64,000 bases of DNA from Novosphingobium sp. (lineage in GTDB: Bacteria > Pseudomonadota > Alphaproteobacteria > Sphingomonadales > Sphingomonadaceae): NCBI GenBank assembly GCA_046063225.1, contig JBJTLW010000161.1:26809-90808 (forward strand), written 5' to 3'. Made by a program: the position numbers and the translations under genes. A model generated the notes under the pieces. It had not been told where the DNA came from. It made no database searches and was given only the letters and a program-made list of their open reading frames with translations. Each line of letters starts with the position of its first letter. The first letter of the stretch is position 1. Below, one piece after another: positions 44,769-55,126 of this stretch.

Positions 44769-46859
44769 CTAGATCCGCTCCGCCTCGGCCACGGCGTCGC
44801 TGGCCCGAAGCGCCGAGACGATGCGCGCCAGGTGGGCAAGGTCGGTGACTTCCAGATCCACTTCATAGGTGCCGAACAGTTCATCGCGCCCGGTCATTTC
44901 CAAGTGGACGATGTTGGCGCGGTTGCCGGCGAAGATGCCGGTGACTTCGGCCAGGGTGCCGGGCCGGTTGTGCAGCACGGCGCGGATGCGGCCGACGGCG
45001 CCGGTGGTGGTTTCGCCCCAGGACAGGTCCAGCCAATCGGCATCGACGCCATCGGCGAGCGCCAGGCAGTCAATCGAGTGGACTTCCACCGACTCGCCCT
45101 TGCGGCGCAGGCCGACGATGCGGTCGCCGTGGACCGGGTGGCAACATTCGCCAAGATCGAAGCCCATGCCGGCGGTGAGCCCCTTGATCGAAATGGCGCG
45201 TTCCTGCTTGGGCCATTCCTCCGCCTCGGGCAGGTCCTTGGTGCTGCCGGGGACGAGCGCTTCCATCACCTGCCGGTCATCCAGCTTGGCCGTGCCGATG
45301 CGCACCATCAGCTCTTCCTCGTCCTCCAGCTGCAGGCGCTTGACCGCGTCCTTGATCGCCTTCTTGCTGAGCTTGCCGGGCAGGCGGCCGGCGATTTCGT
45401 CAAACAGCTTGCGGCCGATCGTGGCCACTTCCTCGCGCTCTTTTGCCCGCACGGCGCGGCGGATGGCAGCGCGCGCCTTGCCGGTAACGACGAAGCCCAG
45501 CCAGGCCAGCTGGGGCGATGCCTTGCGGCTCTTGATGATTTCCACCACGTCGCCGTTGTTCAGGCTGGTGCGCAGCGGCATGTGGCGGCCGTTGATCTTC
45601 GCGCCCACCGCCATCGACCCCAGATCGGTGTGGACGGCATAGGCAAAATCGATGGGCGTTGCCCCCTTTGGAAGCTGGTACAGCGCGCCCTTGGGCGTGA
45701 AGGCGAAGATGCGATCCTGATAGATCGCCATGCGCGTGTGTTCGAGCAGCTCTTCGGCGTCGTGGCTGGCATCGACGATTTCAATGAGGTCGCGCAGCCA
45801 GCCCACCTGCCCGTCGGGCATGGCGCTCTGCTTGTAGGCCCAGTGCGCGGCCAGCCCGAATTCGTTGAGCCGATGCATCTCGTGCGTGCGGATCTGCACT
45901 TCCATGCGCATCGAGTTTTCGTAGATCAGCGAGGTGTGCAGCGAACGGTAGCCATTGGCCTTGGCGGTGGAGATATAGTCCTTGAAGCGCCCGGGAATGA
46001 CGTGCCAGGTGCGGTGCAGCACGCCCAGCGCGCGGTAGCAGTCGTCCTCGCTGTCGGTCAGCACGCGGAAGGCCATGATGTCGGTGATCTGTTCAAAGGA
46101 GACGTGGCGTTCGGCCATCTTCTTCCAGATCGAATAGGGGTGCTTTTCGCGCCCCGAAACTTCCACCTTCACCCCGCCTTCGGCCAGGGCCTGCTTGATG
46201 GCGAGCGCGATGGCATCCACCTGCCCGCCCTCGCTGGAGCGGATCTGCTTCAGCCGGTCGGTAATCAGCTTGTAGGCTTCGGGCTCGAGCTGTTCGAAGG
46301 CGAGCAGCTGCATTTCGCGCATATATTCGTACATGCCCACCCGCTCGGCCAGAGGGGCATAAATATCCATCGTTTCGCGGGCGATGCGGCGGCGCTTTTC
46401 CTCGCTCTTGATGAAGTGCAGCGTGCGCATGTTGTGCAGCCGGTCGGCCAGCTTGACGAGGAGGACGCGGATGTCCTCGCTCATGGCGAGGAAGAACTTG
46501 CGCAGGTTTTCTGCCGCGCGCTCATTCTCGCCCATGGCCTCGATCTTCGACAGCTTGGTCACGCCGTCCACCAGCCGGGCGATCTCTGCCCCGAACAGCT
46601 TTTCGATCTCTTCGGTGGTGGCCAGCGTGTCTTCCACCGTATCGTGGAGCAGCGCGGTGATGATCGTTGCCTGGTCGAGCTTCAGCTCGGTCATCAGGCC
46701 GGCCACTTCCACCGGGTGGCTGAAATAGGGATCGCCGCTGGCCCGCTTTTGCGTGCCGTGTTTCTGCACGGTGTAGACATAGGCGCGGTTGAGAAGCGCC
46801 TCGTCCGCATCGGGATCGTACGCTTTGACGCGTTCAACAAGTTCGTATTGGCGAAACAT
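44769..46859 (-). CDS. spoT: Bifunctional (p)ppGpp synthetase/hydrolase (Rsh)
   Basis: HGTQKRASGDPY, LLHDTVED, KLADRLHNMRT, YRSLHT, AAHWAYK, TGS and ACT domains. Confidence 0.97.
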   Translation of the reverse strand: MFRQYELVERVKAYDPDADEALLNRAYVYTVQKHGTQKRASGDPYFSHPVEVAGLMTELKLDQATIITALLHDTVEDTLATTEEIEKLFGAEIARLVDGVTKLSKIEAMGENERAAENLRKFFLAMSEDIRVLLVKLADRLHNMRTLHFIKSEEKRRRIARETMDIYAPLAERVGMYEYMREMQLLAFEQLEPEAYKLITDRLKQIRSSEGGQVDAIALAIKQALAEGGVKVEVSGREKHPYSIWKKMAERHVSFEQITDIMAFRVLTDSEDDCYRALGVLHRTWHVIPGRFKDYISTAKANGYRSLHTSLIYENSMRMEVQIRTHEMHRLNEFGLAAHWAYKQSAMPDGQVGWLRDLIEIVDASHDAEELLEHTRMAIYQDRIFAFTPKGALYQLPKGATPIDFAYAVHTDLGSMAVGAKINGRHMPLRTSLNNGDVVEIIKSRKASPQLAWLGFVVTGKARAAIRRAVRAKEREEVATIGRKLFDEIAGRLPGKLSKKAIKDAVKRLQLEDEEELMVRIGTAKLDDRQVMEALVPGSTKDLPEAEEWPKQERAISIKGLTAGMGFDLGECCHPVHGDRIVGLRRKGESVEVHSIDCLALADGVDADWLDLSWGETTTGAVGRIRAVLHNRPGTLAEVTGIFAGNRANIVHLEMTGRDELFGTYEVDLEVTDLAHLARIVSALRASDAVAEAERI

Positions 46860-46969
46860 TGCTGCCTAAATGCGCGGAGGCGCCGGAAAAGGGCAAGGAA
46901 AATCCTGTCCGATATTGCTCGATTGCCGCGATCGCGACTAGCGTGGCGCACGCTTTCTGGGGGTATACC

Positions 46970-49864
46970 ATGCGTCACCTTGCCTTAGCCCTGTCGCTCG
47001 CGCTTGGCCTATGTGCGCTGAGCAGCGCCGGCGCGCGTGCCGCGCCCGCGGCTGCCAAACCGGCTGCGGCCAGGGCCGACACTTACGATGCCGAGATCGA
47101 CGCGTGGGAAAAGAAGGACCTCGCCAAGAATCCGAAGGCGGATTTTCCCGCCGCGCTCGACCTGCAAAAGCGGGTCGAGGCCGATCCCAGGTCCAGGCCA
47201 GCGTCGAAGGCGCGTGTCCTGACGCTTATTTCGGCGCTCAATTTCTACAGCGGCGACTACGCCAAGTCCGCCGAACAGATGGCGCAGGCTGCGGCGATCT
47301 GGGAGGCGAACGGCGGCCCGGAAGACAAGATTGCCGAGATCGAGAACAACCGCTCCGCCATCCTGCGCGCCACGGGGCGGCTGGCCGAGGCAGAGGTCGC
47401 AGCGAAGAAAGCCATCGCGCTGCGCCGCCGGATTTTCAAGGATCCCAGTGTCGAGGTGGGCAGTTCGCTCTACAACCTGGGCGCCACCTACATCAGCGCC
47501 GGGCGCTACATGGACGCCATCGCCCCCCTGCGCGAGGCGCTGCAATTGCAGGAGCGCGCGGAGCCGGGCAATGCGCCGGTGCTGGTGATGCGGATCACCG
47601 GCCTTGCCGCCGTACTCAACGAAGCCGACCAAAAGGACGAAGCGATTGCGCTGGCCCGCCGCGCGGTGGAGATTGCCACGGAAAAGCTGGGCGACAGCCA
47701 CCCCTATACAGCCGGCGCGCTCAACAACCTGGGAACCAACCTCAACGAGGCTGGCCGTTATGCGGAATCGATCCCGGTGCTGCGCGAAACGCTGCGCGTG
47801 CGGCTGAAAACGGCAGGAGAGGACAGCGCCGATACCGCCGTTTCGCTGCGCAACCTTGCCTTCGCACTGGAGGCGAGCGGCAAGCTGGACGAAAGCCGCG
47901 CACTCAACGAACGCGCGCTCGATATCCTGAAACGCAAGCCCGACCTGGCGCAGCCGGTGGCGATTTCGCGGGTCTATGGCGCCCTCGCGCTGAACGCCGT
48001 GGCGCGCGAGGACTGGCAGACCTATGACGCGGTGATCGCGCAGTCGATCGCCAGTGCCGACAAGGCCTTTCCCGAAAACAGCTATGACCGCGCCTATCCG
48101 CACGTCCAGCACGCCGCGATCCTCGCCCGGCGCGGGCGCGGGGCCGAAGCTTTGCCGATCGCGGAAAAATGGGTGCCGGTGATCCAGAAGGCGATGGGCC
48201 CGGCGCACCGCGATCGTATCTGGGCCGAGGCGCTGCTGGCCCGGCTGCGCGCCGAGGCCGGCAACGTCGCGGGCGGTGCGCCGCTTGCCGATGCCGCCGC
48301 GGCGGAACTGGCCCGCAAGCTCTCCAGCTTCAGCACCGGCGACCGCGTAATGATCCGCGAGGCGGAGATGAACCACAAGGCGGCGACCGAACTGTTCCAG
48401 TTCGCCCTGGCCGCAAAGGACGATGCGCGAGTCTTCACCGCGCTGCAGCTCGCCTCGATCTCCGACCTTGCCGTCAGCCAGCAATCGGGCGCGGACCTCA
48501 GCCAGGCCGCAGACAGTTCCGCGCTTGCCGCACGGCGCGAAGTGCAGGCCCTCGCCCGCAGCGAGGCGGAGCTTGCCGGCCGGCAGGCCCGCGCCCTGCA
48601 GATGCGCGATCCCGAGGCAAACGCCATTGGCAAGGAACTCGACGCGGTCAAAGTCCGCCGCCTTGAGGCCGAGTCCGCGCTGCGCAGCCGCTTTCCCGAT
48701 TTCGCCGCGCGGTATCGCCCCAGTCCGATCGCCCTCGCCGATTTTCAGGCGCGCATGGCCCCCGGCAGCGCGCTGGTCGCGGTGATCGAATCGCCAAACC
48801 GGTCGTGGGCGGTCAACGTGACGCCGGCATCGCTTGCCGTCTCCGCCTTTGAAACCAGCGCGGCGACAAAGGCCGCCAACGCCCTGCGCGATGCCGTGGA
48901 TGGACCGGCGGCTGATCTTTCCGCCTTCCCTTACGCGCAGAGCCACGCGCTGTACCGCATGCTGGTGACAGGCAAGGCGCGGCAGGCAAAGGCGCTGCTC
49001 TATTTCGGCGGACGCCAGCTGGCTGCCCTGCCGCCGGGCCTGCTGACCACGCGGCCATGGCGCGGCCCGCTGCAGCGCGCTCCGTGGCTTGCCCGATCGG
49101 CATCGGTGCGGGTGATCGGCAACCTTACGCTGTTCAACAAGCCGCGCAGGACCCTTGCCCGGGCCACCGATCTGGTGGTCGGCATCGGCGGCCCCGACCT
49201 GCGCCCCGACACGACGCGGATTGCCGGCCTGTTCCGTTCCGGCAAGCCGGACGGCCTGACCATCGACGCCCTGCCGCCCTTGCCCGAGGCGCAAAAGGAG
49301 CTGCGTGCCATAGCCGCCGCCCTGCCCGGCGCGCGCGATCTGGTGCTGGTCGGCGCTGCCTCGGCCGAGGAAAAGGTCAAGGCGATGAGCCGTGCCGGCG
49401 AACTTGCCGACGCCCGCATCATCGCCTTTGCCACCCACGGACTGGTCGCGGGCGAAATGCGCGGCCTGTGGGAACCGGCGCTGCTGCTGGGCACGACCGG
49501 CGCGCAAAGCGGCGAGGACGGACTGCTGGGCGCCAGCGAGATCGCCGCCATGCGGCTGAGCGCCGACCTGGTGATCCTTTCGGCGTGCAACACCAGCGCC
49601 GGGGATGGCCAGGGCGGCCCGGTCTATTCCGGCCTTGCCACGGCCTTTGCCGAAGCCGGCGCGGGATCGCTGATGCTGTCGCACTGGCGCGTGCGCGACG
49701 ATGCCGCCGCCCGGCTCAGCGTGGAGACCGTGCGCCTTTCGGCCAGCGGCTTGTCCCACGCCGAAGCGCTGCGCCGCGCCGAACTGGCGCTGATGGCGGA
49801 CCGTTCCGTGCCCGGTTCGGCCCACCCGGCAATCTGGGCGCCCTTCGTGGTGGTCGAGAACTAG
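46970..49864 (+). CDS. Secreted TPR + CHAT (caspase-like) protease
   Basis: Signal peptide, TPR_12-like repeats (HPYTAGALNNLG), FATHG His, ILSACNT Cys, SHWRVRD, HPAIWAPF. Confidence 0.92.
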   Translation: MRHLALALSLALGLCALSSAGARAAPAAAKPAAARADTYDAEIDAWEKKDLAKNPKADFPAALDLQKRVEADPRSRPASKARVLTLISALNFYSGDYAKSAEQMAQAAAIWEANGGPEDKIAEIENNRSAILRATGRLAEAEVAAKKAIALRRRIFKDPSVEVGSSLYNLGATYISAGRYMDAIAPLREALQLQERAEPGNAPVLVMRITGLAAVLNEADQKDEAIALARRAVEIATEKLGDSHPYTAGALNNLGTNLNEAGRYAESIPVLRETLRVRLKTAGEDSADTAVSLRNLAFALEASGKLDESRALNERALDILKRKPDLAQPVAISRVYGALALNAVAREDWQTYDAVIAQSIASADKAFPENSYDRAYPHVQHAAILARRGRGAEALPIAEKWVPVIQKAMGPAHRDRIWAEALLARLRAEAGNVAGGAPLADAAAAELARKLSSFSTGDRVMIREAEMNHKAATELFQFALAAKDDARVFTALQLASISDLAVSQQSGADLSQAADSSALAARREVQALARSEAELAGRQARALQMRDPEANAIGKELDAVKVRRLEAESALRSRFPDFAARYRPSPIALADFQARMAPGSALVAVIESPNRSWAVNVTPASLAVSAFETSAATKAANALRDAVDGPAADLSAFPYAQSHALYRMLVTGKARQAKALLYFGGRQLAALPPGLLTTRPWRGPLQRAPWLARSASVRVIGNLTLFNKPRRTLARATDLVVGIGGPDLRPDTTRIAGLFRSGKPDGLTIDALPPLPEAQKELRAIAAALPGARDLVLVGAASAEEKVKAMSRAGELADARIIAFATHGLVAGEMRGLWEPALLLGTTGAQSGEDGLLGASEIAAMRLSADLVILSACNTSAGDGQGGPVYSGLATAFAEAGAGSLMLSHWRVRDDAAARLSVETVRLSASGLSHAEALRRAELALMADRSVPGSAHPAIWAPFVVVEN

Positions 49865-50130
49865 GCCGTAAACTCATAAACGGCGCCATCGAGGTTTGGG
49901 TCAGAATGGCTCAGTGCGAGGAAGGAAGGCGCAGGAATATGTCGATATTTTTAGGCTTCCTGACGCGGCAATGGGCCATTCTGAGCAAATCCCGGAGGGA
50001 CGCGCAAATGGCTTCCATCTCGGGCGAACCGGCCCTGGCAAAGGCAACCAGCCTTCGCGGCGGGCCGCTTCGCCCGATATGTTCGCCATTTGCGCGCCTC
50101 GATGGTGCCGTCTATGAGTTTACGGCCTAG
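49861..50130. mobile_element. MITE-like element (270 bp)
   Basis: 34-bp terminal IRs with 2 mismatches, CTAG at both ends, no credible ORF. Confidence 0.85.
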
Positions 50131-50147
50131 GCCGTCGCGGCTAGCTG

Positions 50148-52223
50148 CTAGCCGTTGAAGGTCTTGCCCTCAGCCACCAGCCGCTCGAGATAGGGCGAGG
50201 GAGCAAAGGCATCGCCGTGCGCCGCCTGCAAGGACTTCAGCTTTGCCAGCACCTGCGGCAGGCCTTGCAGATCAGCCCAGAACATCGGGCCGCCGCGGTA
50301 CTTCGGCCAGCCGTAGCCGGTGATCCAGACGATATCGATGTCCGACGCGCGGGCGGCGATGCCTTCATCGAGGATCTTCGCCCCTTCGTTGACCATGGCG
50401 TAGAGGATGCGGTCCTGCACCTCTTCATCGCTGATCGCCCGCTGCGCAATGCCTGACTTCGCGGCAAAATCGGCGATCACCTGCAGCGCAACCGGGGACG
50501 GCGTGGCGTTACGCTTTTCGTCGTAATCGTAATAGCCGCCGCCGGACTTCTGGCCGTGGCGACCCATTTCGTTCAGCACTTCGCGGACATTGGCCGAACT
50601 GGTGGTCGCCGGATTCCAGCCCACGTCGAGCCCGACCAGATCGCGCATCTGGAAGTGGCCCATGGCAAAACCGAAGTCATAGATGGCCTTGTCCACCGCC
50701 TGCGGCGTCGCGCCTTCGAGGATCAGCGCATCGGCCTGGGTGTTGCGCGCGGCAAGGATGCGGTTGCCGATGAAGCCTGGCCCATTGCCCGCCAGAACGC
50801 TGATCTTGCCGATGGTCTTGCCCAGCTTCATGGCGGTGGCGATGACGGCGGGCGAACTGGCCCTGGCGCGCACCACTTCCAGCAGCTTCATCACGTTTGC
50901 CGGCGAGAAGAAGTGCATGCCCAGCACGCTTTCCGGGCGTGAGGTGACCTTGGCGATCTCGTCGATGTCGAGGTAGCTGGTATTGGTCGCAAGGATCGCG
51001 CCGGGCTTTGCCACCGCGTCAAGCTTGCGGAACACGTCCTGCTTCACGTCCATGCGTTCGAACACGGCCTCGATGATCAGGTCGCAATCGGCCAGATCGT
51101 CGTAGGACAGCGTTCCGGTGAGCAGGCCCATGCGCGCATCGATATCCTCGACGCGCAACTTGCCCTTGCTGGCGGTGATCTCGTAATTCTTGCGGATCAC
51201 GCCAAGCCCGCGTTCCAGCGCGTCCGGCTTCATTTCGAGCAGCACCACCGGAATGCCGACATTGGCGAAGTTCATCGCAATGCCGCCGCCCATCGTGCCA
51301 GCGCCGATCACGCCGACCTTGGTGACCGGCAGCACCTGGGTGTCGGCGGGCAGGCCTTCGACCTTGGCGGCCTGACGCTCGGCAAAGAAGACATGGCGCT
51401 GCGCGGCGGACTGGCTGTCGGCCATCAATTCGTCGAACAGCGAGCGTTCATAGGCCAGCGCCTCGTCAAACGGGCGGTCGGACAGGGTCGCTTCAACGCA
51501 CTTGATGATGTTTTCTGGCGCCTTGAAGCCGCGAAACTTCTTGGCGTTGGCCTTGCGGAAATCATCGAACAGGCCGGGGTTGGCGCGCGCCTCGTCCAGC
51601 TTGTCCGCCTTGTCGCGCACCTTGACCAGCGGACGCCCTTCGTCGAGCACGCGGCCCGCAAGGGCCACGGCATCAGCGCGCAGGCTGCCTTCGCCCGCCA
51701 GTTCGTCAACCAGCCCCATTTCGAGCGCCGCCTTGGCCGAAACCGGCGAGCCGCTGGTGATCATGTCAAGCGCCTTCGCCACGCCGACCACGCGCGGCAG
51801 CCGCTGCGTGCCGCCAGCACCCGGCAACAGGCCAAGGTTGACTTCGGGCAGGCCGCATTTGGCCGAGGGCACGGCGATGCGATAGTTGGCCACCAGCGCC
51901 AGTTCCAGCCCGCCGCCCAGCGCCGTGCCATGGATTGCCGCAACCACCGGCTTGGTCGAATTCTCGACGATCTTCTGCAGGTCGCGCAGCGACGGATCCT
52001 GCTGCACCTTGCCGAATTCGGTGATGTCGGCCCCGGCGTAGAAGGTGCGCCCTTCGCAGGCGATGACGATGGCGCCCACCGCGTCATCGGCCAAGGCCCG
52101 GGCCATGCCTTCGGCCACGCCCTGCCGCACCGCCGCCGACAGTGCGTTGACCGGCGGATTGTTGCTGGTGATCACGGCCACGCGGCCTTCGGTTTCGTAT
52201 GTGGTGACGGGGTTGATCTGCAT
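50148..52223 (-). CDS. Enoyl-CoA hydratase / 3-hydroxyacyl-CoA dehydrogenase fusion
   Basis: NPPVNAL, GGGLE, PEVNLG, GAGTMGGGI, HFFSPA. Confidence 0.95.
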   Translation of the reverse strand: MQINPVTTYETEGRVAVITSNNPPVNALSAAVRQGVAEGMARALADDAVGAIVIACEGRTFYAGADITEFGKVQQDPSLRDLQKIVENSTKPVVAAIHGTALGGGLELALVANYRIAVPSAKCGLPEVNLGLLPGAGGTQRLPRVVGVAKALDMITSGSPVSAKAALEMGLVDELAGEGSLRADAVALAGRVLDEGRPLVKVRDKADKLDEARANPGLFDDFRKANAKKFRGFKAPENIIKCVEATLSDRPFDEALAYERSLFDELMADSQSAAQRHVFFAERQAAKVEGLPADTQVLPVTKVGVIGAGTMGGGIAMNFANVGIPVVLLEMKPDALERGLGVIRKNYEITASKGKLRVEDIDARMGLLTGTLSYDDLADCDLIIEAVFERMDVKQDVFRKLDAVAKPGAILATNTSYLDIDEIAKVTSRPESVLGMHFFSPANVMKLLEVVRARASSPAVIATAMKLGKTIGKISVLAGNGPGFIGNRILAARNTQADALILEGATPQAVDKAIYDFGFAMGHFQMRDLVGLDVGWNPATTSSANVREVLNEMGRHGQKSGGGYYDYDEKRNATPSPVALQVIADFAAKSGIAQRAISDEEVQDRILYAMVNEGAKILDEGIAARASDIDIVWITGYGWPKYRGGPMFWADLQGLPQVLAKLKSLQAAHGDAFAPSPYLERLVAEGKTFNG

Positions 52224-52259
52224 GTTCGCCTCTTTGAAAATCGGGGTGCGGGGCCGGGG

Positions 52260-53795
52260 TCAGCCGCCGATGGTGCGGTCAGACGGCCAGAATTTCTGGC
52301 GCAGCGCCTTCTTGTTGACCTTGCCCATCACCGTGCGGCCGACATCCTCGACAAAATCGTAGGAGCGCGGGCATTTGAACCCGGCAAGGCTGGCGCGGCA
52401 AAAGGCGTTGAGATCTTCCGGAGACGGCGGATTGGCGGGATCGGACGGGACGACCAGGGCTTTCGCCTCTTCGCCCATTTCGGCGTTCGGCACGCCCAGG
52501 ACGACGACATCGGCGACCTGCGCATGGCGGATGAGCACCTGCTCGGCCTCGGCCGGATAGATGTTGACCCCGCCGCTGACGATCATGTCGGACACCCGGT
52601 CGGTGATGAACAGGTAGCCTTCGTCATCGACATAGCCGACCTCGCCCAGGGTGAAGACGCCGGGCGCAATGTGCGCCGCCGCGGTCTTTTCCGGATCGCC
52701 TTCATAGACGATTCCGCGCCCGGTGGTGTCGCGGAAATAGACCTGGCCTTCCTGGTTGGCGCCCAGTTCTGTGCCGTCCGGGCCGATGATGACGGTCGAA
52801 TAGGGCGGCTGCGCCCGGCCGACCGAACCCGGACGCTCAAGCCATTCAGTCGAGGTGATGAAGGTGGTCGATCCCGCCTCGGTGCCGCCATAGGCCTCGA
52901 CCAGCACCGGGCCGAACCAGTCGATCATCGCGCGCTTCACCTCGCGCGGGCAGGCCGCACCGGTATGCGCCATGCGCTGCATGCTGGAAACATCGTACTT
53001 CGCCCGCACTTCGGCGGGAAGGGCAAGCATGCGCTGGAAATGGGTTGGCACCATGACCGATCCGGCAACGCGGTGCTTTTCGATCGTCGCCAGCGCCGTT
53101 TCCGCATCGAAGTGGCTCATGACGATCAGCGCGGTCCCGGCAAACACGTTGCGCGCCTGGCCGAGAGGCCCGGTGTGGTAAAGCGGCCCCATCGCGATAC
53201 CCGGTGAGGGGGTGGCCTTGGGCCGGACAAGGCTGGAAAATTCGGCGATCGTCGCGGCATCGGGCCAGTATTGCGGCGGGGTCTGCGTTGCCTTCGGCTT
53301 GCCCGTGGTGCCCGATGTGTAGTGCAGGTGCGGCAGTGGCCGGGCATCGGACGGCGGCGCGCTGTCCGATGCGGTCGCCAGCCAGTCCTCCCACCGCACC
53401 AAGCCGCCGCGCGGCTCGCAGCGCCAGCCGACGACGAGCGACACGCCGGTCGCTGCCGCCGCTTCCAGCCCGGCATCGGCGGTCTCCGGACCGACGAGCA
53501 GCACCGAGGCCCCGGAATCCGACAGGATGTATTCAAGCTCGCCCGCTGTCAGGTGGTAGCTGGCCGGAACGGTCGACACCCCGGCCTCGATCCCGGCGAC
53601 ATAGGCCAGCGCGGTTTCGGCGCTGTTCGGCGCGAAGACGCAGACCCGGCGCGATCCGTCTACCGCCCCGCGCATGGCGTTGGCGGCGCGGTTGAGCACA
53701 GGATCGAGCGCCCGCCAGGTCCACGACTGGCGCTCGTCGGCCAGCGCCAGTTCGTCAAGGCGAGCGGGATCGAGCTGGGAAACGGTAAGCGACAT
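52260..53795 (-). CDS. Acyl-CoA synthetase (AMP-binding)
   Basis: YTSGTTGKPK, YGGTE, SGGVNIYP, terminal GK. Confidence 0.93.
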   Translation of the reverse strand: MSLTVSQLDPARLDELALADERQSWTWRALDPVLNRAANAMRGAVDGSRRVCVFAPNSAETALAYVAGIEAGVSTVPASYHLTAGELEYILSDSGASVLLVGPETADAGLEAAAATGVSLVVGWRCEPRGGLVRWEDWLATASDSAPPSDARPLPHLHYTSGTTGKPKATQTPPQYWPDAATIAEFSSLVRPKATPSPGIAMGPLYHTGPLGQARNVFAGTALIVMSHFDAETALATIEKHRVAGSVMVPTHFQRMLALPAEVRAKYDVSSMQRMAHTGAACPREVKRAMIDWFGPVLVEAYGGTEAGSTTFITSTEWLERPGSVGRAQPPYSTVIIGPDGTELGANQEGQVYFRDTTGRGIVYEGDPEKTAAAHIAPGVFTLGEVGYVDDEGYLFITDRVSDMIVSGGVNIYPAEAEQVLIRHAQVADVVVLGVPNAEMGEEAKALVVPSDPANPPSPEDLNAFCRASLAGFKCPRSYDFVEDVGRTVMGKVNKKALRQKFWPSDRTIGG

Positions 53796-55105
53796 CAGGT
53801 ACTCTCACGCGAAAGAATGGCCGGGCCAAGGAAGCGCAGGGCAAAACGGAAACAGGCGAGCGCGATCAGCGCGCCGGCGGTGACGACGATGGCCAGCGAG
53901 TAGCCAAGCTTGCTCTCGTCCATGAACACGTAGTCGGTCAGGCTGGCGACCAGTGCGGGGCCGGCGCCCTGTCCGATCATGGTGAAAACGAACAGGAAGA
54001 AGCCCAGCAGCTTCGCCCGCGCCGTGGCCGGGGCGATGAGCGCCAGGATGGTCGAGACATAGACCATGAACGGCACGGTGATGAACTGCGCAACGCAGTA
54101 TCCGGCCAGGAAGGCCCAGGCGCTGTCGGTGAAGAACATCCAGGCCAGAACCGGCAGCACGGCGAGGATCAGCCACGAATAGAACCGCAGGTGCGCATCC
54201 TTCATGCCGCGCGCGAACAGACGGTCGACGATCCAGCCGTTGACCACCAGCGAGCCGGCCGAAACGATGTTCATCGCGCTCAGCGCGCCGCCATACTGCA
54301 CCGGCGTCCAGCCGAAGCGCCGCTCGATATAGGCGGGCACCCAGTTGGTCATCGAATAGCCGCAGACGGCAAGGCACGAGGTGCCAAGCAGCATCAGCAG
54401 CAACAGCGGCCAATGCGCGGCGAGGAACGGCCCCAGCGGTTCGGCCGCGCCGCCGCGCGCTTGTCGGCGGCCCGGATCGGGAAAGCTGAACACCAGCAGA
54501 GCCAGCAGCAGGCCCGGCGCGCCGACCATCATCAGCACCATTTGCCAGGGCTGCGCCGGTCCGTGGATCGGCAGGTCGATGCCGGCGCGTGCGGTGGCAT
54601 AGGCGATGGCAAGCCCGCCCAGCCCGAAGGCCGTGGCCGAGCCGACCTTGCCGGCCATCTGGAAGGTCGATGTCGCGCGGGTCAGCAGGCGCTGGGGAAA
54701 GCCGTCGGCGATCAGCGAATAGGCCGCCGGCAGCAGGGCTGCCTCGCCCGCGCCGACGAAGACACGGGCCAGCAGCAACTGGTGATAGGTGCTGGCAAAG
54801 CCGCTGGCGACCGTGGCGAAGGCCCAGACAATGGCCCCGCCGAAAATGATCCAGCGCCGCGGCCAGCGATCCGCCGCCCAGCCCAGCGGCAGGCCGAACA
54901 GCGCATAGGACACGGCGAAGGAAGTGGACGTGACCATGCTCACTTCAACATCGCTGAGCCCAAGGTCGAGCTTGATCGGCTTGACCAGCATCGACAGGAT
55001 CAGCCGGTCAAGCCACGAGAAAACGTAGAGCACGAAGAGGACGGCCACCATCCACCACGCCCGGCCGAGCGCCGGTTCGCTGGATGCCTGTCCGTCCCGG
55101 TTCAT
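53795..55105 (-). CDS. MFS transporter (spinster-like)
   Basis: WLDRLIL, AADRWPRR, GAGEA, SLIADGFP. Confidence 0.92.
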   Translation of the reverse strand: MNRDGQASSEPALGRAWWMVAVLFVLYVFSWLDRLILSMLVKPIKLDLGLSDVEVSMVTSTSFAVSYALFGLPLGWAADRWPRRWIIFGGAIVWAFATVASGFASTYHQLLLARVFVGAGEAALLPAAYSLIADGFPQRLLTRATSTFQMAGKVGSATAFGLGGLAIAYATARAGIDLPIHGPAQPWQMVLMMVGAPGLLLALLVFSFPDPGRRQARGGAAEPLGPFLAAHWPLLLLMLLGTSCLAVCGYSMTNWVPAYIERRFGWTPVQYGGALSAMNIVSAGSLVVNGWIVDRLFARGMKDAHLRFYSWLILAVLPVLAWMFFTDSAWAFLAGYCVAQFITVPFMVYVSTILALIAPATARAKLLGFFLFVFTMIGQGAGPALVASLTDYVFMDESKLGYSLAIVVTAGALIALACFRFALRFLGPAILSREST

Positions 55106-55126
55106 CGCTGTTCCCCGCCCGGCCGC

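Noticed and set aside
44607-46988. 793-aa plus-strand ORF
   Set aside because: Antisense shadow of spoT; high-GC artefact with no motifs
47009-49825. 938-aa minus-strand ORF
   Set aside because: Antisense shadow of the TPR-CHAT gene
49896-50117. Short ORFs inside the MITE
   Set aside because: No transposase motifs; better explained as a non-coding repeat
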